From the NCBI GenBank assembly GCA_963707985.1, contig CAVPRW010000037.1, forward strand, positions 96,001 through 160,000: DNA of 64,000 bases. Direction: 5' to 3'. This DNA is from an uncultured Nitrospinota bacterium. GTDB taxonomy: Bacteria > Tectomicrobia > Entotheonellia > J063 > CAVPRW01. The notes under the pieces are model-generated. The model was given only the letters and a program-made list of their open reading frames with translations. It had not been told where the DNA came from and searched no databases. Position numbers and translations under genes: made by a program. Below are positions 33,953-43,864 of the stretch, piece by piece. How positions within the stretch are numbered: position 1 is the stretch's first letter; every line of letters begins with the position of its first letter.

Positions 33953-34373
33953 GGCGCTCACTCCGTATTTCTGCACCGTGGTCACGAGGAATCGGGAGCA
34001 CAAGCTTGACCTTACGAGCTCTACCCGACTCGCTCAATTGTGCGCCTGCAACTGTGAAAACTCTGCGACTCCCATCATCGCAAGATTAGATTATTTTCTC
34101 AACTCCAGCCAGTTGGGCAGACGAAACGCACCTAGTGAGGCACGGCTGCGGCCAGACACGGTAGTCTGCCGTGGGACTCTAGATGCGAAGCGGAATGTTT
34201 GCCATGGTCTGTGTGCCCATTGGCTGTATGGATGCCAAGCTCTGTTGCAGGCACACGAGCTCAGGTTGCGGTAGAATACGACCCCTGAGGTATGTGGGGG
34301 TGGCCTCAAATCTAACGACAATCTTGACCTTATGGCCAGGCGGTCGCAGCGATCTATGAGGGGTAGGTGTTAG

Positions 34374-35336
34374 ATGAAGGCGCTGGTCTTTGACGGGCAA
34401 TTGTCATATCGTGACGACTATCCTGTGCCCACGCCGGCACCAGGTGAGGTATTAGTGCGGGTGCACCGGGCTGGCATTTGCAACACGGACATCGAAATCA
34501 CCAAAGGGTACATGGACTATTGTGGCGTGCTCGGCCACGAATTCGTCGGCAGCCTGCCTGATGGAAGCCGTGTCGTCGGCGAAATCAATGCCAGCGATGG
34601 CACTTGTGACACCTGTCGACGTGGAGATGTGACGCATTGCGGCCAGCGCTCGGTCCTGGGGATTCTCAAGCGGGACGGCGCCATGGCCGAGTATCTGACG
34701 CTTCCTGCGGGCAATCTCCATCGTGTGCCCGATGCGGTTAGCGATATGCAGGCGGTGTTCGTCGAGCCGCTGGCAGCGGCGCTGGAGATCACCGACCGCA
34801 TCCATATCCGGCCGAGCCAGCGTGTGGCGGTCGTCGGCGACGGTAAGCTTGGCTTACTCGTAGCGCAAGTCCTCCAATTGACAGGCTGCCATGTGCGTGT
34901 CCTCGGTCGTCATACCCGCAAACTCTCGCTGATACGCCGGCGCGGCATTCACACTCTGGACGCGCCGGCCGAGCACTATGGCCGCTTCGATGTCGTCATC
35001 GAGTGTAGCGGTCAGACCGGGGGCTTCGAAATTGCGCGCTCATTGCTGCGGCCGCGCGGCACGCTGGTACTGAAATCCACATTTCACGGCACCCAAGACG
35101 TCACGATGGTCCCGTTGGTCATCGACGAGATCACTGTCGTGGGCTCCCGCTGTGGACCGTTTGAACCAGCCCTGCGCCTGCTCGAACAACGTCTCATCGA
35201 GGTGGAGCTCTCGCTCGATGCCGAATTTCCCATCGACCGTGGGGTAGATGCGTTCAAGCGGGCGATGACCCCTGGGACGCTCAAGGTCCAGATCGTCCTC
35301 CTTGCCTCTCCCGGTGAGAAAAGGCAAGAGATGTAG
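34374..35336 (+). CDS. Zn-dependent MDR alcohol dehydrogenase
   Basis: GICNTD, GHEFVG, GDGKLG and GSRCGPF. Confidence 0.9.
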   Translation: MKALVFDGQLSYRDDYPVPTPAPGEVLVRVHRAGICNTDIEITKGYMDYCGVLGHEFVGSLPDGSRVVGEINASDGTCDTCRRGDVTHCGQRSVLGILKRDGAMAEYLTLPAGNLHRVPDAVSDMQAVFVEPLAAALEITDRIHIRPSQRVAVVGDGKLGLLVAQVLQLTGCHVRVLGRHTRKLSLIRRRGIHTLDAPAEHYGRFDVVIECSGQTGGFEIARSLLRPRGTLVLKSTFHGTQDVTMVPLVIDEITVVGSRCGPFEPALRLLEQRLIEVELSLDAEFPIDRGVDAFKRAMTPGTLKVQIVLLASPGEKRQEM

Positions 35337-35435
35337 GCGGCGGCATCAGCGCGAAAAATTCTGACCAGCACCTGCAAGGGAGTGACGGCTTGACATCACC
35401 CACAGGTATTGCTAGGCTTTAAGTCCCTCAGCCCC

Positions 35436-36320
35436 ATGGATAAGGAGTTCACAGTGGTGACGGTTGATGAGCTCATCAAATACGATTTGTCTCTCGATGT
35501 CTATTTTACCTATGGGCCGGCAGCTAACGTCCTGAGCCGACCCGTGTTGCCGCGCCGAGCCGGTCAGCCAATTTTCATGCGTGGGGAGGTAGGTGTCAAG
35601 GGCGATGGGCAGTTGCGCCCACTGGTGGCACATAACACGACACACATCGACATGCCGGTGCACTTTTTGGAGGGCGCCGCTGACCTCCATACTGTCCTCA
35701 ATAATCCAGTCTATCGCGTCAATCTGCCACTGCTGGCCCGTGTGCTCGATGTCTCAGCCTGGCCTGACCCACAGTACCTTTATGAGTACAATGGCATGCG
35801 ATACTGCGAGCTGGTGACGGCGGAGATGCTGCCTTCGGTTGATGAACTACGGGCCTATGACGCCCTGGTTCTCCTGACCGGTTTCGGTGCCGTGATGCGC
35901 TGCGGATCAGAACAATATACACCGGATACCGAGGGGCTTTTTCACATGCCTGGGGTCACAGTTGAGGTGGCTCAGCGGGTGGTAGAGGCTGGTCTGATCC
36001 TGCTTGGCATCGACAGCCCTACGGTCGAGCGCCAGACACAGGGCAATCCGCTGCGAATGACCGGCGATGTGCACCCGATCCTCCTCGGACATACCCCACC
36101 TGTATTCATCCTGGAGGCGGTCGCTGGTGATCACCTGGCGTCCCAGGTGGGGTTTGTTCCTACTGAAGGGATGCTAGAGGTGATCCCTCGACGCGCGAAT
36201 GCCAGGGGGGCCGATGCGGCACCGGCACGCGTGTTCCTGAGCTTCTATCGTGGGCCGAACAACCGCCAGCAGTTACTGCAGCTCATCACACTGATGACCC
36301 CAAAATATTTGTATGGATAG
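35436..36320 (+). CDS. Cyclase family metal hydrolase (kynurenine formamidase-like)
   Basis: HNTTHIDMPVHF and GIDSPT. Confidence 0.75.
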   Translation: MDKEFTVVTVDELIKYDLSLDVYFTYGPAANVLSRPVLPRRAGQPIFMRGEVGVKGDGQLRPLVAHNTTHIDMPVHFLEGAADLHTVLNNPVYRVNLPLLARVLDVSAWPDPQYLYEYNGMRYCELVTAEMLPSVDELRAYDALVLLTGFGAVMRCGSEQYTPDTEGLFHMPGVTVEVAQRVVEAGLILLGIDSPTVERQTQGNPLRMTGDVHPILLGHTPPVFILEAVAGDHLASQVGFVPTEGMLEVIPRRANARGADAAPARVFLSFYRGPNNRQQLLQLITLMTPKYLYG

Positions 36321-36534
36321 GCCTTTCCACCATTCACGATGCCATCCTGGCGGCACCGCGCGTGCAACACTGGGCGTGCAGACGCCGTACTGGAGAAATC
36401 CTTCCTTTCCGGCAACCTCGTACCCATTCGCTGCATCCATACCAGCTGAGCACAGTCGCTGTGAGCGCAGAGGAGCGCGTCGCCTCTGGGGGCATAGAAG
36501 AGGTGATCGACAGGACACGTCACGTGCGGTTGAA

Positions 36535-36777
36535 TGCATGGGGACGACTAGGCTGATCCACGAGCCACTGCACACCTCTGGTCGCCGATTTCTCGCCCGC
36601 GGCCCCTGGCGCACGTTCCTCTTGATCATCTGGTTACTGTTGTTGCACACCCTGCGGTTCGACACCGAGCGCTATGCCGAGCGCTGGCGCGGTCCAACGC
36701 ATCGTCCGCCGGGGAGTCCATGGCCCCATCGCCACCAGCCTCGTGCAGGTGGCACAGCGAGGGAGGGGGATTGCTGA
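36535..36777 (+). pseudogene. Possible C-terminal remnant of a GT2 glycosyltransferase
   Basis: LHTSGRRFLARGPWRT resembles a GT2 C-terminal TSxRR motif. No N-terminal domain is present. Confidence 0.4.
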
Positions 36778-37878
36778 ATGCCATCAGTCGGTGCTTCTAC
36801 GGCGGTTTTGGTCACCGGAGCGACAGGCTTCATCGGTCGACAGGTCCTACGTTACCTGCTAGCTGCCGAGCGTTCGGTGATCGCCATCGCGCGCCCCCGC
36901 GAAGACCTCTCTGCCTATTCGCGCGTGATGCGAGCCGTTGGCCACATCCCTGACCGACGCCAGCTGGAGGTCATCGAGGCCGATCTGGCCAGTCCGCAAC
37001 ATAGCCTAGCGTCTGGTGTACTGCACCGCCTGCGTGACATGGTCGAGACGGTGATTCACTGTGCTGGAGATACGGCCTTTTTCCCAGCTGATATGGATCA
37101 GTACCGGGCCGGACATATCGATGGTCCGCTGGCGCTGCTGGCCGCCCTCGCCGGTGGACGTATAAAACAGTGGGGACATCTCTCAACCGCCTATGTGTGT
37201 GGGAAGCGCTCAGGAACTGTGTTCGAGGATGAGGGGGACGTGGGACAGGATTTCCATAATCCTTATGAGCGCGTCAAACTCACAGCCGAAACGTCGATGC
37301 GCGCGGCCGGCGACCGCTTCGGCATCGACGTGCGCGTCTTCCGGCCGAGCGCGGTGGTGGGGCCGGCTCCCGATACCGCAGGCGGCCAGCCTTCGAATCT
37401 GTTTTTCATCTTTATTCGCATGATGGAGGGACTGACGCAGCTGTCGCATCGCTTCAAGGTCCGCCTTCGCATCGAAGCAGCACCCACCGCTCGCTTCAAT
37501 ATCGTCCCGGTGGATTATGTGGCACGGGCGCTGGTCGCCCTGGCCGACCACCCCGATGGGGCCGGCAAGACCTTTCATCTGGTGGTCTCAGATGCGCCAG
37601 CGCAAGAGGCCATGCTGGCCATGATCGCTGACTACTTTGGCTTGCCCGGCCTATCCCTCGTCGATGCCTGCCGCACGCCGCTGACGAAACCATCGGCGCT
37701 CGAGCGCCAGGTGGCGCGATTACAAGCGCCGTATCGCGACTATTTTACTCAAAATGTCCATTTCGATGACCACGTTGCCCGTGAGCTTCTCGATCCTCTG
37801 GGCTTGCCGCGCCCCATTCTGGATGCGCAGGAAGTTCGCCGGCTCATCGACCAGGCTCTGAAGTGGCCTGCGTCGTAG
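36778..37878 (+). CDS. Extended SDR, NAD_binding_4 (thioester/fatty acyl reductase-like)
   Basis: TGATGFIG, STAYVCG, YERVK and VPVDYV. Confidence 0.85.
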   Translation: MPSVGASTAVLVTGATGFIGRQVLRYLLAAERSVIAIARPREDLSAYSRVMRAVGHIPDRRQLEVIEADLASPQHSLASGVLHRLRDMVETVIHCAGDTAFFPADMDQYRAGHIDGPLALLAALAGGRIKQWGHLSTAYVCGKRSGTVFEDEGDVGQDFHNPYERVKLTAETSMRAAGDRFGIDVRVFRPSAVVGPAPDTAGGQPSNLFFIFIRMMEGLTQLSHRFKVRLRIEAAPTARFNIVPVDYVARALVALADHPDGAGKTFHLVVSDAPAQEAMLAMIADYFGLPGLSLVDACRTPLTKPSALERQVARLQAPYRDYFTQNVHFDDHVARELLDPLGLPRPILDAQEVRRLIDQALKWPAS

Positions 37879-37889
37879 GGTCGCATGCG

Positions 37890-38501
37890 ATGTTCGCTCG
37901 ATTTCTTCAGACACAGCTACGGCGCTATGCCGACTCCGAGGCAGAGGCCATCGCACCTTTTCTCGTTGGCAAGTATCTGCTCGACCTCGGCGCGGGAGAG
38001 GGGTACGTCACAGTGGCACTGCAGAGGCTGACAGCCCTCTGGGTCTGTGCCGTGGACATCGGCCCTTATCAGCGCGTGCCAACTCCATACCTCATCTACG
38101 ATGGCACCAGGCTACCGTTCCAGGATGCCAGCTTCGATACCACCCTCATCTCACTGGCGTTGCATCACTGCGCTGATCCTGAAGTCGTCCTGGATGAAGC
38201 TTTGCGAGTCACTGCCAGACGGCTGATCATCCTGGAATCGGTGTACCGGAATCGCATCGAGCGCTTCTGTCTCCAGTGCCTGGACAACTGGCTGAGTCGG
38301 TACCGCCACGACGGCGACATGCATCCTGCACTGGCCTTCAAACGGCTCGAGGAATGGCAGCGCATTTTCGCGGCGCGCTCCTTGGAGACCGTCGACAGAC
38401 GTTGGTTAGGATCGCGATGGGAACGATTGGTGCATCAGCCAGTGCTATTTGTCCTGGAAAAACCTGCTTCACAAGGCCATGTGGTTCAGCGGCCAACCTG
38501 A
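37890..38501 (+). CDS. Class I SAM-dependent methyltransferase
   Basis: LDLGAGEG, LPFQDASFD and LHHC. Confidence 0.85.
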   Translation: MFARFLQTQLRRYADSEAEAIAPFLVGKYLLDLGAGEGYVTVALQRLTALWVCAVDIGPYQRVPTPYLIYDGTRLPFQDASFDTTLISLALHHCADPEVVLDEALRVTARRLIILESVYRNRIERFCLQCLDNWLSRYRHDGDMHPALAFKRLEEWQRIFAARSLETVDRRWLGSRWERLVHQPVLFVLEKPASQGHVVQRPT

Positions 38502-38737
38502 GAGGCGTCCGCAGCCAGGTATGAAGGCTTGACAGGATATGGATCGACTCTTTGACTCGATTCACATTGGTGAACGTGGTTAGGGGTAGATTGAGATTCG
38601 ACCGTTTCCATTCGAGGAGGTGCTGCAGATGGTGTTGCGGAGCGAGATTACCGATAGCATGACGATCATCGATGTCCTGTATGCCGCGCGCTTGCGAGGA
38701 CTGTAGGGGTCCAGCGATCGGCGACTCTCCTGCCGCC

Positions 38738-38980
38738 TCCACTAACCTTGAGGTCACCAATGAATGCAACCTAACCTGCAAGACCTGCCCGCGCACCTGT
38801 GGTCGCGTGGAGCCCCCGGCGCTCCTCACTGTCGACAAAGTCCGCTTCCTGGCAGCACAATTCCCCTCTGCGACGCCCTTGGTGCTGCATGGTAGCGGTG
38901 AGCCTCTGCTGAATAAGGAACTTCCACAGATCATTAGCTAGCTGAAAACCGAGGGGGAATATGTGCTCGTCAATTCCAAA
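38738..38980 (+). pseudogene. Radical SAM N-terminal remnant
   Basis: CNLTCKTC (CxxxCxxC) and LHGSGEPLL. In-frame TAG at 38939-38941; similarity continues briefly past it. Confidence 0.75.
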
Positions 38981-39087
38981 TGGTGTGGAGGCACCGACAG
39001 AACGGATAGAGGCCCCCTCCCATCCTACACACGAGGGGGCCTTTCAAGGTGAGGAGCGCTTTGGGGAACAATTGAGCGTTAAGGCTG

Positions 39088-39960
39088 CTACCCGACCGTC
39101 ACGAACGCATCGCGACCACGCGCATAGCCCCCCATGTTTTGCAGGGGATTCCGATTCAGGATTTCACGACCGAGCATCGGGTGCGTGAAGCTCCGGACTT
39201 CATGCTCGATCGCAAACAGCTTGCGGCCAGTTTCGGGGTGCGCGATATCGACAAAGCGATACTGGTACGCGCTACTCTCCTGCGTCACCAGGCCATGTTT
39301 TTTCAGCCAGGCGTGGGGGCCGGAGAAGTTCGCGACATAGACGGCAATATGATGACCGTCGTACTCGGGGATCTCTTCGCTGGTCTCACGGAAAATCAGG
39401 CATTGCATGGGGCCAACCTTCACCTTGGTGACGGCCACGTTCATATCCTGGGTCAAGGTATACGGCGCCTGCATGACCTCTTTGTAGAATTGGCCGATTC
39501 CCGATGCAGTCCCTTGCGGCACCAGGAATTCAACGTACGGAATACCCAGGATCATGTCGCCGAATTGTGGCCCCGGCGCATGCACACGGAAATGATTGCC
39601 CCACGGGCAGGTTACGTCGACATGCCCATTTTCGGCCTGGCAGGCGAATTTGGTGCCGTCCAACCGCGGCATGACCGCCGTTAAACGGTGTTTTAACGCT
39701 TCCAGATCGGGCATCACGAGGCCGATCGTACCGCGCAGCACCATGGGTTTCTCACGTGTCGGTAAATGAAATTGCTGCTGCCCGACGTTGATCCACATGT
39801 TCTCTGGACCCACCATCATGTATGGATCACGTGTCAGGCCCAGGCCTGCCGCATAGAAAGTCTGCGCAACTTGCTGATCGGAGATGGTGACGTTGACATG
39901 CTCCATCGACAGGACGTTCCCGACGTCTTGTGTTGAACGATCGAAACCGTTTTCTGACAT
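39088..39960 (-). CDS. VOC/glyoxalase-like protein
   Basis: EHVNV, QFHLP and HHIAVY motifs. RBS GGAGG. Confidence 0.7.
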   Translation of the reverse strand: MSENGFDRSTQDVGNVLSMEHVNVTISDQQVAQTFYAAGLGLTRDPYMMVGPENMWINVGQQQFHLPTREKPMVLRGTIGLVMPDLEALKHRLTAVMPRLDGTKFACQAENGHVDVTCPWGNHFRVHAPGPQFGDMILGIPYVEFLVPQGTASGIGQFYKEVMQAPYTLTQDMNVAVTKVKVGPMQCLIFRETSEEIPEYDGHHIAVYVANFSGPHAWLKKHGLVTQESSAYQYRFVDIAHPETGRKLFAIEHEVRSFTHPMLGREILNRNPLQNMGGYARGRDAFVTVG

Positions 39961-40454
39961 GTGTGCTCACCTCCCTTACTTACACCGCTCCAAACCGGAG
40001 CGAAGCTGTGAACCCCGCGTGCCTCGTGCATGCGGGCGTCACCCCGAGCTGTTTGATAAGTCCCTCACCAGATCCAGCAACATACTTCTTTGCCGATGAT
40101 CATACGTCACCTGACCGCACGTCTCGACCATGGTCATCAGGGCCAGGACAAATGCGCCATCAGCCGCAGGTCGATCGTGCTGGGCCACAGCTGACCATCG
40201 GCGGGCGTCTTCGAGTTCCTATGGTATCATGAAATTGGCAGGTCCTGTCAAGCGCTTACATGGTGATCTGTGACAAACTCAAGTATGTGCGTAGTCCCAG
40301 CCGACACCTGCGGGGTAAGACATTGGGGGTTTATCGCGGCGTTAGCCCCATCAGGAGAAAGTGCTCATGATGCCGCGATGTCGATGCATCGCCACCATGG
40401 TGAGGAGAAATCATTCGGTGTAATGTATGCCCTGGCCACTACGCTGATGCTGTC

Positions 40455-40640
40455 ACATGTGTCGACCTGCCCGAGCCGTGCCTGGAGCACGCGGCTGTTG
40501 ACCTGGGGCTCCAGCCCAGGGGTTGCAACACGCTGGCGCAGGGTCTGGCAGCCGACCTTCTGGTCGAGCCCTGCCTGCGCTGCGGCTCGTTTCACCGCCT
40601 TCTGCAGGCCGGATTCGCGCACGTGATGGCGGATCTCCCT
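40455..40640 (-). pseudogene. intI: Integron integrase C-terminal remnant
   Basis: RHHVRESGLQKAVKRA (integron-type RHH insert), then CQTLRQRVAT (for CHTLRHSFAT) and LGQ (for LGH). Confidence 0.8.
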
Positions 40641-40859
40641 AGCGGACAGTCACCGGGCAAATGATCCCCATTTCACGATGACTATCGCCATAAGCGGACA
40701 TTCCGTCCACCCATAGGGAGTAAGGTCGCTCCACAGCTAACCATGGTCCCCGCACCACGGCTCAAGAAGGCATTTGCGCGCATGCGAGAGGCGCCCACGT
40801 GGCTTGGGTGGCGTCCAACGAGGCGGCGGCAGGTGAGACGACCACAGGTCTCGAACACT

Positions 40860-41118
40860 CCCGCCATGCTCTGTGATCCTGGTGGCCCTCGCCGGTGTCG
40901 TCGCCCTCCCGACGCGGCGCAGACTCGCGGGCGAGGGACAACAGTTATCGACCATGCCGCTCAGATACCGCCCGTGCGGGAGCGTCCGCGTGCATTGCGC
41001 CAGCGCCCATCCTCGATGGGTCAACGCTGGCGTGCCCCTCTCCTGGGGTCACGGCCCGGTCGAGGACCACCGCAAGCGTTTGAAGCTGCTCCAGCGCCGC
41101 TTGCTGCTGGCCGCATAC
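40860..41118 (+). mobile_element. Internally deleted ISL3-family transposase remnant
   Basis: VNAGVPLSWGHGPVEDHRKRLKLLQR..LLAA resembles the ISL3 C-terminus VKAGVTLPWSNGPVEGHINRLKMLKR..LLAA*. Confidence 0.6.
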
Positions 41119-41325
41119 GCAGGCCGCCAGCACAGATACCGCGTATGGCGGCCACACCAGCCGCATGGCTGTGGTCGGCTGAGGGGGCTGCTGAGCACCT
41201 GGCCGTCTCCATCAGGGCCGACCAGCACTTCGTGGAGGTTCTACGGGGTCGTTTTGGTGCAGCTCATCTGCCGTTGAGGAAACTCTAAGATTGGTGACAA
41301 TCCAGCCTGTCTAACAGGGGTATCA

Positions 41326-42093
41326 TTATGGAGTCCTTCTCACATGCTGGAGGAACGCCGGAGAGGCCCCCATCTCCTCACGAATGGCCAAATATTCGGC
41401 TGTCCAGCAACCTTGCTGATCCCGAATGACCAGCGGCGGCGGATCTTCCCGTACACCGCGCCAGGCACAGGTGAAGAGTGCGATTCCTGGCGACAGTGTC
41501 GCCCGAAAGTAGACCGATCGACGGTGCACGAGCGTCAGGCCTGATGTGGCGATGGCCCGCTCCGGGCGAAGATCGTCCGCGGCATAAGAAAAGCAGAAGA
41601 CGCCAGTGTCCGCGAGGGAGCGTGCCGCTGCACGGCAGTAGTCAAAAACGTCCCCGTGGAGCTCAAACCGCGCCGCCGCTTTTTGTGCATGTTGTGACTG
41701 CACACCCCTGGCTAGCGGCCGATAAGGCGGAGAGGCGGTGATCAGGTCAAAATTCCCGCCTGGCCAGCGCCGTAAATCCGTGAGATGGAGAGCCACGCGT
41801 GCGGTGAGACCGTTGTGCGTCACCGTGCGGTGTGCAAGTGCATGGCTGACCGCTTGCACTTCGACCATGGTGAGATATCCCGCAGCCGCCAACTTCCACA
41901 AGGCCAGTAAGCCGATAGAGCCGATGCCGGCTCCGAGGTCGAGCACGCAGAGGGCCTTGGGCTGGGCATGCACCGCCGTCCATGCAGTTAGAAGGTCATC
42001 GACGGAGAAGCGGTGGCCGTTTCGGAGCTGAAAGATCTGCCAACTCCCGGCCAGATGATCGAGGGTGATGTCGTGATGTTCATCGTGATTCAT
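41326..42093 (-). CDS. tRNA1(Val) A37 N6-methyltransferase-like (TrmN6/YfiC family)
   Basis: GHRFSVDDLL, LDLGAGIG, SPPY and ARFE. Confidence 0.75.
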   Translation of the reverse strand: MNHDEHHDITLDHLAGSWQIFQLRNGHRFSVDDLLTAWTAVHAQPKALCVLDLGAGIGSIGLLALWKLAAAGYLTMVEVQAVSHALAHRTVTHNGLTARVALHLTDLRRWPGGNFDLITASPPYRPLARGVQSQHAQKAAARFELHGDVFDYCRAAARSLADTGVFCFSYAADDLRPERAIATSGLTLVHRRSVYFRATLSPGIALFTCAWRGVREDPPPLVIRDQQGCWTAEYLAIREEMGASPAFLQHVRRTP

Positions 42094-42107
42094 GATTAAT
42101 CATATGA

Positions 42108-42245
42108 TCAGACACATCCGCCTTTGACAATGCGGATCGTCCCAGCCACGCCGGTTGCGCCAGGCTTGCGTCGGGTTTCATCATCCAGGCGATCCACGGC
42201 GGCTTTATTCGTTCCGGGGAAGAGATGCCCATACGTGTCCACCAT
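42108..42245 (-). pseudogene. Phage-type tyrosine integrase C-terminal tail
   Basis: MVDTYGHLFPGTNKAAVDRLDD, the typical tail around the catalytic Tyr. Too short for the ORF track. Confidence 0.7.
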
Positions 42246-43063
42246 GGCTGCGCCTCCCTCGGCGCAGCCATTCTAAGTGGGGCGCAGCATATCCCCGAGT
42301 ATTCCTCCTGTCAATCCACCTGAGCCGAGACATCGTTGACGCTCTGATCGACAGCGTGGTTCCCAACCCGGCGGTAGGCTGCGATCCTGGCGTCAATCTC
42401 GGAGCGGCAGATTAAGATCTTCCCATCCACACCAGGCGGAACTCCTCGATGTTGTGAGTCCATGGCGATTGCGCAAACCAGCACCTTGCCTTTTTTTGCA
42501 CTCATGAGTTGCTCCTCGTTTAGGGCTCGGTCTTCGCAGCCGGCCTGTTGGTTTAACGCATGGATCTCCTCACAGTCATACCACCCAACGGTCGCCATCA
42601 CACCCGGCAGCGTCCTGCACTGTAGGCCTCGGCCGATACGCGAGGTCGGCACCTCTGCGGGTCGATACTCATCATTGCCGAATACTGCAGCACGAAAGCC
42701 AACGCTACCTGATTGCACCGTCGCATGCCTTGGGAACCATAGCGGTGTACGCCAACAAACTGAATCGAAGCGTACTCTGCACCTCGGTCCGCGGCGTCTT
42801 GCCCATGATGTTGCTACGCAATCGCGCCTCTGCGCACGCATCGACATGGGTTGAGCGCATCGTGCCACTGCGCCGCGCGACCCGTGGGGTACGGGACCCG
42901 TTGGTGGGAGGGCACGTGAGGATCTGATACGTCCACGTCTACCGCCGCGGTTTCCTTTCCGCCCTCTATCCTCTCCAGGCCCACACCGATAGACAAGGGT
43001 TTAGTGCCAGACCAGCCTAGCCGGAGGACGGTTCAGGTCCAGGCCGTCGCGCTCATTTAACTA

Positions 43064-43105
43064 TTATTGATAAATCTTGACATCAATAAATCATTATAGT
43101 AGGGT
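43064..43105 (+). promoter_or_regulatory. Operator inverted repeat overlapping a sigma70-like promoter
   Basis: TTATTGAT-N10-ATCAATAA perfect IR. TTGACA-N17-TAGGGT. Short AT-rich island. Confidence 0.5.
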
Positions 43106-43197
43106 GACAGGCAAACGCCGCCACCAGGGGCGTGTATAGGGCTTTGACAACGACGTCAGCATCGATGGGGACGGGAAGGCATGAGACGGAGGATGAG

Positions 43198-43488
43198 ATG
43201 ACACGGCACAGTCCAGGACAGACCATCGCGAGGCTGAGCGCCGCAGCCATGCTGCAGACCGAAGCCACCCACCAGCGCGTCGTGTTGGCATGGGGCGAAA
43301 TCCTCTTCACGGAGTTGGGCCGGGTGTGGGCGCAGCTCGACACCGCGGATGCCATGGCATATGAAGATAAGGTGGCGGCTCAAGTGCACGTGCTCGAGGA
43401 TGCCACGGCCAGTCTCGAGTTGCTGTCTCACACCTTGGGGCGCACCTGCCGCCGCCTCAGGCGGCATCTGCAGTCGCTGCGTAGGTGA
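43198..43488 (+). CDS. Small hypothetical protein (mobile-element-like)
   Basis: RBS GGAGG. Helical ORF downstream of the operator/promoter. Confidence 0.45.
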   Translation: MTRHSPGQTIARLSAAAMLQTEATHQRVVLAWGEILFTELGRVWAQLDTADAMAYEDKVAAQVHVLEDATASLELLSHTLGRTCRRLRRHLQSLRR

Positions 43489-43505
43489 CACGGCGTCGGT
43501 GCACC

Positions 43506-43685
43506 ATGGCAGCTATCGTAGTGGCCATCTCCGCCAGGCACGTGCCGCACCTACAGGAGGCGCTCGACGGTTGGCAGCCGCCCCCCGCCGTGTTAGGCTG
43601 GATTTTCTATGACTGGAATGCGGACAGCTGTCGGACGATGGTGCGCCATTGTGGTGCGGACATCCCTCCGCCGGCACACTGTTGA
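43506..43685 (+). CDS. Small hypothetical protein
   Basis: Follows the previous ORF closely. No recognisable motif. Confidence 0.3.
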   Translation: MAAIVVAISARHVPHLQEALDGWQPPPAVLGWIFYDWNADSCRTMVRHCGADIPPPAHC

Positions 43686-43864
43686 TTGGAGCAGATCGCG
43701 CAGACCGTCCTCCCCTGATGTCGCGGGACGGACATCCTGTGACGCAGACACCAGAGTTCGGCATGACGGTTCCCGCGTGGCGGGTCTTGCGGTTGATGAT
43801 GATCTCCGCGCCATTCCAGTGGCTTAACCAATGCTGACGGTCGGCGCCTCTACCTCCTCCATCC

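Noticed and set aside
40455..40640. Functional integron platform linked to the attC at 507
   Set aside because: intI is a short fragment with lost catalytic His residues, has no adjacent attI or attC, and lies 40 kb away.
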